Program-made: the position numbers and the translations under genes | Part shown: in pieces, positions 15,114-22,193 of the stretch | How positions within the stretch are numbered: the stretch's first letter is position 1 | How the letters are laid out: each line of letters opens with the position of its first letter | Origin: Chamaesiphon sp. OTE_70b_metabat_96 | Lineage (GTDB): Bacteria; Cyanobacteriota; Cyanobacteriia; Cyanobacteriales; Chamaesiphonaceae | DNA: 24,000 bases | Reading direction: 5' to 3' | Assembly: GCA_031376885.1 (NCBI GenBank) | Contig: JANMEL010000124.1 | Coordinates: 1-24,000, forward strand | The notes under the pieces: model-generated | Seen by the model: the letters and a program-made list of their open reading frames with translations, nothing else | Told to the model about the DNA's origin: nothing | Databases searched by the model: none

Positions 15114-16382
15114 ATGGAAATTGCAGTAATTGGTGGTGGCGCGAGTGGGATGGTATCAGCTTATTTACTCGACAAACAAGGGCATGATGTCACCGTATTT
15201 GAACGACAACCGATGTTGGGCGGACATATTCGGACATTGAATAAAAACGTGAAACCGGATCGATCGGATTGTACCGAAATTCTTGAAGGTGGCGTGCTGG
15301 AATTTCCAACTGCATTTACAGATTTTATCGCGTTGATGAAAGAATTGGATGTGGAACTAGAGCCTGTAAGTGTTGGTTCAGGCATGTTTTTTAATCATGG
15401 CGATCGATTTTTATCATCCGTCATTACCGATAACAACTTTTCAGGTATTCACCGTCTCATCGAACATTTACGCTTCGATACTCTTTATGCACGTTCTGCT
15501 AGCTTGTGGTTGAGAATCCAACTTGCTAATCTGCAAAATCTAGCAGATATTCCCCTATCTGCATATCTCAAAAGTTCGAGTATTCGCGATACCTGGCTGA
15601 AATTGCTAGTGATGTATAGTTACTCGATTCCGTTTGAATTAATTGATGATTTTCCAGCAGAATTAGCGATTCCAACTTTACGTGCTTATATTGCGACTAA
15701 TTGGGTTCGGGTGAAAGGTGGCGTGTATACTTATATCGAAAAAATCTTAGCGCGATTTAAGGGCGAGATTGTACTTGGGGTCGAGATCGATCGAATGATT
15801 AGAAGTATAGATGGTGTCAAAATTATGCTATCTACAGGTAAAATTCATGAGTTCGATCGAGTTGTATTTGCCACACCTCCAGATCGAGTACTGGCACTAT
15901 TAGGCGATCCAACTACTACCGAAATCAAAAGATTTTCTGATTGGAAAGCTAATCACATCACTAGCATAGTTCACCAGGACGCTTTGATGTACGATCGCTT
16001 TGGCATTCATAAACCCTCAGAATTTGATTTCTTTCAAACAGATACTCGCTGGGGCTATAACGGCTATCTAAATCAGCTTTGTGACATCTCATCGCCACCG
16101 CATTATTTCTTATCATTCCAACTAGAAGAATTAATTGCACCAGAGCAAATTATTCACACTCAAGCACATCACACTCCGATGTACACGACTGAATCCTTCC
16201 GCTACCGCGATGAAGTGGTTGCCACCAATGGCGAAAATCACACCTATCATGCGGGAGCCTATCTTGGTGATGGTTTGCATGGTGGAGCGATTACCTCTGC
16301 TGTCAGAGTCGCCAAATTAATTGGCGTGAGTCAAGATATTTCCTCAGTCGAAAGCAAACGGGAGCAGATTTCATTTACATAG
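15114..16382 (+). CDS. FAD-dependent oxidoreductase (amine-oxidase fold, COG2907-like)
   Basis: 422 aa. The N-terminus is IAVIGGGASGMVSAYLLDKQGHDVTVFERQPMLGGH, and the C-terminal GAYLGDGLHGGAITSA resembles the FAD-binding tail. GGAG lies upstream of the ATG. Confidence 0.85.
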   Translation: MEIAVIGGGASGMVSAYLLDKQGHDVTVFERQPMLGGHIRTLNKNVKPDRSDCTEILEGGVLEFPTAFTDFIALMKELDVELEPVSVGSGMFFNHGDRFLSSVITDNNFSGIHRLIEHLRFDTLYARSASLWLRIQLANLQNLADIPLSAYLKSSSIRDTWLKLLVMYSYSIPFELIDDFPAELAIPTLRAYIATNWVRVKGGVYTYIEKILARFKGEIVLGVEIDRMIRSIDGVKIMLSTGKIHEFDRVVFATPPDRVLALLGDPTTTEIKRFSDWKANHITSIVHQDALMYDRFGIHKPSEFDFFQTDTRWGYNGYLNQLCDISSPPHYFLSFQLEELIAPEQIIHTQAHHTPMYTTESFRYRDEVVATNGENHTYHAGAYLGDGLHGGAITSAVRVAKLIGVSQDISSVESKREQISFT

Positions 16383-16509
16383 ATCGGATCTATTCAACTA
16401 TGCAATGCTTTCCTCATAAAATCCTCACAATCTTAGCTTAGGATCGAAGTAGATCGATCGGCATTGCAAAATAGATAATTATTACAATGCAACTCATTGG
16501 AGAACTGTG

Positions 16510-16617
16510 ATGTCAAAAGAGAAAAAAACTAAAAAAGAAGTCAAAAAGCCCAAAGCACCAACGGATGAAACCAAGAAGGAAAAGAAAGATCCCAAGCGGT
16601 ATGACTCCAAGCCATGA
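16510..16617 (+). CDS. Candidate 35-aa lysine-rich microprotein (below the ORF-track size cutoff)
   Basis: My own translation is MSKEKKTKKEVKKPKAPTDETKKEKKDPKRYDSKP*. GGAG lies 8 nt upstream of the ATG. The composition is highly basic and disordered. Confidence 0.35.
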   Translation: MSKEKKTKKEVKKPKAPTDETKKEKKDPKRYDSKP

Positions 16618-16686
16618 AATCTAACCAAAATCCACAAAGGCAAACAGCGACTCCCGCCTGCTGAATATTAATGTTTTATAGTCAGG

Positions 16687-16911
16687 ATGAGAATTAAAAA
16701 ACTATTTTTCACGAAAATTTTTATGCAGAATAAAATTGAACTAACTAAGTCTGTTCCCCAAGAGCGATGGGGCGAATTCTTTGACCAGTTTGTCGATGCA
16801 CCTACTGAAATCTTCACCGGACAGAGTGAAAGCGGACGAATGTTAGCGGTGTGGATTAATGACGCTGCTGGGACAAAAACATTAGTTAAGTTACAACCAG
16901 TAGAATCATAG
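16687..16911 (+). CDS. Hypothetical small protein
   Basis: 74-aa ORF. A more likely start is MQNKIELTKSVPQERWGEFFDQF... at 16723. The sense-strand translation looks more protein-like than the overlapping antisense ORF at 16668-17000. Confidence 0.4.
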   Translation: MRIKKLFFTKIFMQNKIELTKSVPQERWGEFFDQFVDAPTEIFTGQSESGRMLAVWINDAAGTKTLVKLQPVES

Positions 16912-17024
16912 CCATATGTGCGGCTGGCTCTAGACATAGCGTAAAACTCGATCGAATCCCTGACTTCTTTGTCAAGTCGGCGATCGTCAAAAGCGAACAA
17001 ACCACAAATTTGGAATATACACTA

Positions 17025-18074
17025 ATGAAGACTAACGCCTATGCAGCTCAAACCGCTACGACTCCACTCGCACCATTCAATATTCAACGTCGCGATGTCG
17101 GGCACAATGATGTTCAGATCGACATTCTCTATTGCGGCGTGTGCCATTCGGACTTGCATACCGTCCGCAGTGAATGGCAGGGTACCACTTATCCCTGCGT
17201 ACCCGGACATGAAATCGTCGGACGTGTCGTAAAAGTTGGCAAAGATGTCCACAAATTTAAAGAAGGCGATCCCGTTGGGGTGGGTTGTATGGTCGATTCC
17301 TGCCGCACCTGTGCCAACTGCAAAGACGATTTAGAACAATTCTGCCCAGACACAGTATTTACCTACAACTCTCCCGACACACATTCTGGCGGCATTACCT
17401 ACGGGGGCTACTCCGAGAGCATCGTCGTCGATAAAGCATTTGTGTTTACAATTCCCAAGCATTTGGATCTTGCCGCCACCGCTCCACTGCTTTGTGCTGG
17501 AATTACCACTTATTCTCCATTGCGCCACAACAATGTCAGTAAAGGCCAAAAAGTTGGTGTTGTCGGACTCGGTGGATTAGGTCATATGGGGGTGAAATTA
17601 GCCAAGGCTCTCGGAGCACATGTGATTGTCTTCACTACTTCGGCGAATAAAGTCGAAGATGCACTGCGGCTAGGTGCCGATGAAGTCGTCAATTCCAATC
17701 ATGCAGACGAGATGAAAAAACACCTCAATAGTTTCCACTTCATTCTCGATACCGTGTCCGCGCAACATGACATCAATGCTTACTTGCTGTTATTAGGGCG
17801 CGATGGCAACCTCACCCAAGTCGGCGTACCGCCCAAACCGCTTGCTCTAAACGTCAGTAGTCTCATCTATGGTCGCCGCAGTCTCAGCGGCTCCCTCATT
17901 GGCGGCATCAAAGAAACTCAGGAGATGCTGGATTTCTGCGGCAAGCATAACATCACCGCCGACATCGAACTGATCCCGATCCAGAACATCAATGAAGCTT
18001 ACGATCGATTGGTCAAAAGCGACGTAAAATACCGCTTCGTCATCGATATGGCATCGTTAACACCTAAAACTTAG
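17025..18074 (+). CDS. yahK: NADP-dependent alcohol/aldehyde reductase, cinnamyl-alcohol-dehydrogenase family (YahK-like)
   Basis: It is close to E. coli YahK along its length: YCGVCHSDLHTVRSEW, YPCVPGHEIVGRVV, the structural Zn motif CRTCANCKDDLEQFC, PLLCAGITTYSPL, VGVVGLGGLGHMG, ETQEMLDFC and VKYRFVID. The ATG at 17025 is preferred over the TTG at 17010 in the ORF track. Confidence 0.92.
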   Translation: MKTNAYAAQTATTPLAPFNIQRRDVGHNDVQIDILYCGVCHSDLHTVRSEWQGTTYPCVPGHEIVGRVVKVGKDVHKFKEGDPVGVGCMVDSCRTCANCKDDLEQFCPDTVFTYNSPDTHSGGITYGGYSESIVVDKAFVFTIPKHLDLAATAPLLCAGITTYSPLRHNNVSKGQKVGVVGLGGLGHMGVKLAKALGAHVIVFTTSANKVEDALRLGADEVVNSNHADEMKKHLNSFHFILDTVSAQHDINAYLLLLGRDGNLTQVGVPPKPLALNVSSLIYGRRSLSGSLIGGIKETQEMLDFCGKHNITADIELIPIQNINEAYDRLVKSDVKYRFVIDMASLTPKT

Positions 18075-18099
18075 CTAATTATATTGGGAACGGCTAAAT

Positions 18100-18195
18100 A
18101 CTGGACTTTTCAGATTGAGAAGCACGGGGGACAGATCCCCGACTTCTCGGAGAAGTCGGGGATCTTGCGTAATTCTAAGAAGTCCAGTTTTTAAG
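18100..18195 (+). terminator. Nested hairpin followed by a T-run between convergent genes; putative terminator of yahK
   Basis: The outer stem ACTGGACTT (18100-18108) / AAGTCCAGT (18180-18188) is followed by TTTTT. It encloses the perfect 15-bp palindrome GATCCCCGACTTCTC-G-GAGAAGTCGGGGATC (18134-18164). Confidence 0.4.
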
Positions 18196-18322
18196 CATTC
18201 TTAGTATAGCTCTTGACAGCTCACACCAGAATGACTAACTAGTGCGAGCAAGATCTGAGCTACCCAGTCTCCAATTTTGAGGATTGAGTAGCCGACGATC
18301 GAACCGTCGGATCTATCATAGT

Positions 18323-19195
18323 CTAGGCATTGAGAATAAATTTCTCGATCGCCGCAGCAACACCATCATCTGAGACACTAGGTGCTACCCAGTCGGCGAA
18401 AGACTGTACCTCGGTGGGAGCGTTACCCATCGCGACACCGATTCCCGCATAGGCGAGCATTTCCACATCGTTATAATTGTCACCGATCGCCAGGACATTT
18501 GCGGCAGTGATGCCGAGTAGCTCTTTGGCGATATAATCGATCGCACTGCCTTTATTTACACCAGCACTAGTAGCTTCGAGAAATATCGGTGCAGAGGTAG
18601 TCAGATGTACATCGTCTTGATGATAGCGTTGGCGGAGATCGAGGAGCAAGCTATTAATCAAGTCTACATCTTCGCACATGGCGAGAACTTTAGTTGGTCG
18701 ATCGGTCAGGGCGGTGCGAAGATCTCCCACAGGATAGGCGGGAATGCCACTGCGTCCGACGTATAATTCGGTATCGGGATTGAGATCGCGAACGTAGAGA
18801 TTGTCATCGCGATAGACGTGGATGGATAACTTATCAATTAGATGGGGTTGCTCTAGATAATCGAGTAATTCGCGAGCAATTTCCACAGATACGGGGAGAT
18901 GACGGTGGATTTTGGCTGTAGCTGGATCTTGAATCCAAGCACCCTGATAAGCTAGGAGGGGAAAATCCGCACCGATTTCGTGATGGAATCGCAATGCTGA
19001 TTTGTACATCCTACCAGTGGCAATACCGACGCGCACCCCTTGAGCTTGGGCTGCTTGAATCGCCTGTTTGACTCGCGTACTTACGCCATTGGAGTCTCCC
19101 GCGAGGGTACCATCGATGTCTAGAATTAGCAGTTTGATTTCAGCAGTGTTTGGTAATGACATAGATGGTGAAGGGTAAATTCCGCAGCCACCCAT
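18323..19195 (-). CDS. Cof-type HAD-IIB family hydrolase (sugar-phosphatase-like)
   Basis: HAD motif I is LILDIDGTL, motif II is IATGR, and motif IV is GDNYNDVEM. The likely true start is MSLPNTAEIK... at 19162, not the longest-ORF start at 19195. Confidence 0.9.
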   Translation of the reverse strand: MGGCGIYPSPSMSLPNTAEIKLLILDIDGTLAGDSNGVSTRVKQAIQAAQAQGVRVGIATGRMYKSALRFHHEIGADFPLLAYQGAWIQDPATAKIHRHLPVSVEIARELLDYLEQPHLIDKLSIHVYRDDNLYVRDLNPDTELYVGRSGIPAYPVGDLRTALTDRPTKVLAMCEDVDLINSLLLDLRQRYHQDDVHLTTSAPIFLEATSAGVNKGSAIDYIAKELLGITAANVLAIGDNYNDVEMLAYAGIGVAMGNAPTEVQSFADWVAPSVSDDGVAAAIEKFILNA

Positions 19196-19208
19196 AGACT
19201 ACCATAGG

Positions 19209-19628
19209 TTGGGATGCTTTCTAAGCGGATCTGCACCAAGCAGGGCAGCGGCGGGTGAAGCGGATAGTTGCAGATTGGAGAGTCTAGTGAAATTAAAATT
19301 TTATGGCGAAGAATTTCCATTTGAATTTATAGAGCATAGCGATTGCTCCATAACGTGCCTCTTAGTCCATACTGATGAGACTGAAGAGAAATTTTCTGAG
19401 CTTCTTGAAGCCGAAGCCGTTCGAGAAGAAGAAGATGGTTCATGGTATTTAGATGAAAATGGAGAAAGGCTGGAATCTGAAGAGCTATTTGCGGCATCTC
19501 CATGGAGCTTGGAAGGTCACTACGGAGAGATAAAATTATTAAGTCGAGTACAAAGAGCGAACGGTGAGATTTATTTCAATACTCCTGACGGGTATGGTGG
19601 TGAATCATTCAGATGGTTGAGAGCCTAG
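19209..19628 (+). CDS. Hypothetical acidic protein
   Basis: 139-aa longest ORF. A GTG at 19287 preceded by GGAG (VKLKFYGEEFPFEFIEHSD...) is a more plausible start. The protein is Glu-rich and I recognise no family. Confidence 0.5.
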   Translation: MGCFLSGSAPSRAAAGEADSCRLESLVKLKFYGEEFPFEFIEHSDCSITCLLVHTDETEEKFSELLEAEAVREEEDGSWYLDENGERLESEELFAASPWSLEGHYGEIKLLSRVQRANGEIYFNTPDGYGGESFRWLRA

Positions 19629-19736
19629 TGGTGAGAACTGATAATCTTGTCATTGGGTTGCCGCATAACAACTCCTTTAATGCTCATTCCTCTGAGCTAA
19701 AATGAAGAGGTTCTGAGTCGCAGAGAGGTTAAGCCG

Positions 19737-20012
19737 ATGGCAGTACGACAACCACGATATAGCAAGGAAGAATTCGCCCAGCGTGGTAATGAGATTTATG
19801 AAAATCAGGTGCGCGCCCAAGTTGAGGAAGGCAATCACGGCAAGATTGTGGCGATAGACATTGAGACTGGAGCGTTTGAGGTCAATAATACTCCGATGGT
19901 GGCAGTCGATCGGCTTTACGAGCGATATCCTGATGCCCAGCCTTGGGTCATTCGGATCGGTCATCGAGCAGTCTTCCGTATGGGTAGCCGTAGTCTGAGG
20001 AAGCCCGTATGA
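19737..20012 (+). CDS. Small conserved hypothetical protein, of the type found upstream of clan-AA aspartic protease genes
   Basis: 91 aa, with GAGAGG upstream of the ATG. From memory, the pattern RYSKEEFAQRGNEIYE...GKIVAIDIETGAFEV...DRLYERYPDAQPWVIRIG matches small cyanobacterial proteins paired with retropepsin-like genes. Confidence 0.6.
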   Translation: MAVRQPRYSKEEFAQRGNEIYENQVRAQVEEGNHGKIVAIDIETGAFEVNNTPMVAVDRLYERYPDAQPWVIRIGHRAVFRMGSRSLRKPV

Positions 20013-20110
20013 TGTTCGGTGTGGTCAATGATAACTGTGAAGCCATCATCAAAGTTGCGCTCGGTTGGGATCGTAGTAGTGAGCCGCTGCATAATGAACA
20101 TCTGCGGTGA
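20009..20110 (+). pseudogene. Truncated retropepsin-like (clan AA aspartic protease) gene remnant
   Basis: The ATGA start/stop overlaps the upstream ORF. The translation MMFGVVNDNCEAIIKVALGWDRSSEPLHNEHLR* resembles the N-terminus of AF_0612-type aspartic proteases but stops before any DTG active-site motif. No frame downstream restores one. Confidence 0.35.
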
Positions 20111-20163
20111 GCCAAACAACATGTCGCTCCAGATCGATCGAACCTTGTAGGCAATTCGGGTTG

Positions 20164-20772
20164 TTATAGGGATATCGCGGGTGGTTGTTCAACTAAACCC
20201 AGATCGGCAGGGAGAGCAACATAAATTAAATGATCCACCCATTGCTCATTTTCATAGTAAAAGCCGCGACGAATACACTCTTTTTGCAAGCCAACACTTT
20301 GAGCAAGAGCTATAGAAAGATGATTGTCAATATTAATAGCAGCTTCGATCCGATGATACCCGAAATGATTAAATCCGCTCATCAACACTGCGCTTACTGC
20401 TTCTTTCCCAAAACCCTGTTTCCAATATTGATTATGGATGCTGTAGCCTAAATTAGCCCACTGTTTCTCTTCACGCTGAATCGTTGATAGATCGACATTG
20501 CCGAGGTGTTGGTTTGTTTGCTTGGAGAAGACCCCAAAGATATAAGCATAATCCCTAGATGCTTGTTCCTGATGGCGTTCGCACAAACTTGAAAACCAAG
20601 CTCGATCGCAACCTTCTAAACTAATCTGCCCCTCATCATATTGAGATTGCTGTGGCAATCGCTCTGAAAAACCAGCATACCAAGCTTCATAGTCACTAGG
20701 TTTTTGAGGTCGAAGGATCAGGCGTTCAGTCTCAATTGTTATTGGCCAAGATATTTGATTCATTGCAAGCAT
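20164..20772 (-). CDS. GNAT-family N-acetyltransferase (RimJ/RimL-like, Acetyltransf_3 type)
   Basis: 202 aa. It has the N-terminal IETERLILRP signature, an acetyl-CoA motif A-like YWKQGFGKEAVSAVL, and GYHRIEA. Confidence 0.9.
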   Translation of the reverse strand: MLAMNQISWPITIETERLILRPQKPSDYEAWYAGFSERLPQQSQYDEGQISLEGCDRAWFSSLCERHQEQASRDYAYIFGVFSKQTNQHLGNVDLSTIQREEKQWANLGYSIHNQYWKQGFGKEAVSAVLMSGFNHFGYHRIEAAINIDNHLSIALAQSVGLQKECIRRGFYYENEQWVDHLIYVALPADLGLVEQPPAISL

Positions 20773-20804
20773 TTATCAGCAGAAAAGATGTTAAGGTAAT
20801 AAAA

Positions 20805-21956
20805 CTAGTTGGAAGTTATCAAAGATTCCCAAGTCGCGATCGATTCTCGAAGTGATTTTGGTAGACTCTGCTTTTCTAAATCGATAAACTGTGTCGCTGT
20901 AGCTTGGCTTTGATAGGTCGTTGTGGGGTAGTCAGCAAGTGCCGCACTGGTGAGGTAGGTTAAACCATTTAAGTTCGGGAATTGACGATTTGCCAATGTT
21001 TTTTGAAAAGCATTCAGTCGAGCGATCGACAATGTTTTAATTACCACTGGTGCAAATCTGGCAGTGGGTGAAGATTGATAGCGGGTAATTTTGCCGTCTT
21101 GAGTTAGGACAATCCTCATCATTCTACCTGTCATATCGCCCGATACACTACTGCTGAAAACTTCATTAGCAGCAAGTGGTGAAATCGTACCAAATGTGTC
21201 AAACGAAACGTTAATTTTTCGCTTCGCACCGCTGGCGGTTTGATTTTGAACTATCTTTTCGGCATTCTGAGTGAGATGATAAATATAGCTACGATTATCG
21301 TTCCGATAGGCTTCGCCAACGGGACTAGTAACGATTGCTTGCCAGCCTTGAATCGCAATTTTAGTACAGGCTTGATTAGGGCGATAGATCCCCAGACAAC
21401 CATCATAGGTTTTGGCTCTAACTTCGGTAATGCGGAGTTTTCCAGACTGGGTATTAGTTTCCCTTGCCACCTGTCGAATCAGCTTGCTGGCGACAGGTTG
21501 AGGTAGAAAGCTCCGCTCTGGATTTTCGAGACGGAGAGTTTGACCTGTGCGATCGGTACGATAATACCAGGTTTGAAGCTTGTCGCTCACCTCAATTCGC
21601 CAACCTGTGACGATCGCCATCGAGCAAATTTCCCCACCTTGTGGCAATCCCAAACAACCATCCGGCCAATTTTGCTCTGACACACTCACCACGCCAATCT
21701 GAGCCACTCCAAACTGCTTTTTCACTGCTTGACGAATCGACTGAATTACCGCAGGCGCAGGAGCCTGTTTTGTCGCGCTGGGGCGGTTCGTTGGTTGGCT
21801 CAGGGCGGGGATATTGGCGGTGCTGGCGATCGCACTACCGATCGACAAACTCGCACATATCACACTCAGCCACAGTCTAGACTTTGAACGCTGAAATCGA
21901 GCTGAATACATATCTTTCACCACAGGAGTTTCGAGGTTGGGCGGCGGACGATCCAC
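20805..21956 (-). CDS. Secreted hypothetical protein with an internally duplicated Cys-containing module
   Basis: The signal peptide is RLWLSVICASLSIGSAIASTANI, with a probable start MYSARF at 21911. Two paralogous modules are present: IRQAVKKQFG...NWPDGCLGLPQGGEICSMAIVTGWRIEV and IRQVARETN...KTYDGCLGIYRPNQACTKIAIQGWQAIV. Confidence 0.75.
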   Translation of the reverse strand: MDRPPPNLETPVVKDMYSARFQRSKSRLWLSVICASLSIGSAIASTANIPALSQPTNRPSATKQAPAPAVIQSIRQAVKKQFGVAQIGVVSVSEQNWPDGCLGLPQGGEICSMAIVTGWRIEVSDKLQTWYYRTDRTGQTLRLENPERSFLPQPVASKLIRQVARETNTQSGKLRITEVRAKTYDGCLGIYRPNQACTKIAIQGWQAIVTSPVGEAYRNDNRSYIYHLTQNAEKIVQNQTASGAKRKINVSFDTFGTISPLAANEVFSSSVSGDMTGRMMRIVLTQDGKITRYQSSPTARFAPVVIKTLSIARLNAFQKTLANRQFPNLNGLTYLTSAALADYPTTTYQSQATATQFIDLEKQSLPKSLRESIATWESLITSN

Positions 21957-22082
21957 CTATAGTTACTCTGACACTCGTTGGCGTAGCCTCTCCTTTGGAG
22001 AATCGATGATAAGAGTTTCCGGTTGTGGAGTAGTGCTAAAATTTAAACTGGCATCTAAAAAATCCTCAGATCGCAAACAAAA

Positions 22083-22185
22083 GAGCGAAAAGTGCGGTCT
22101 TGGGGTTTCCCCGTCTTGTCGTTTTTTTATTCGGGGGGAACCCCCGAATAAAAACGCCGCAAGTGGAGCACCTTTTCAAGAGAGG
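22083..22185 (+). repeat. Palindromic dispersed repeat interrupted by the 48-nt hairpin mini-element (copy B at 22113-22160)
   Basis: gagcgaaaagtgcggtcttggggtttcccc [gtcttgtcgtttttttattcggggggaacccccgaataaaaacgccgc] aagtggagcaccttttcaagagagg. The flanks equal the reverse complement of 4344-4398, and the insert equals the reverse complement of 2691-2738. Confidence 0.65.
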
Positions 22186-22193
22186 ACTATTGC

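Noticed and set aside
16668-17000. 110-aa minus-strand ORF antisense to 16687-16911
   Set aside because: Its translation is Ser/Arg/Cys-rich with no motif. The plus-strand frame (…SVPQERWGEFFDQF…) looks more protein-like, although neither is certain.
19677-20154. Minus-strand ORFs 19677-19964 and 19948-20154
   Set aside because: They are antisense to the 91-aa gene, which has an RBS and a recognisable family pattern, and to the protease remnant.
21957-22193. Retron msr/msd-like structured ncRNA upstream of the PtuA-like gene
   Set aside because: The hairpins here are fully explained by dispersed repeats that have copies elsewhere in the window (4344-4398, 2691-2738, 4169-4196, 5941-5970). 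No reverse-transcriptase ORF is adjacent. A retron beyond the window end cannot be excluded.
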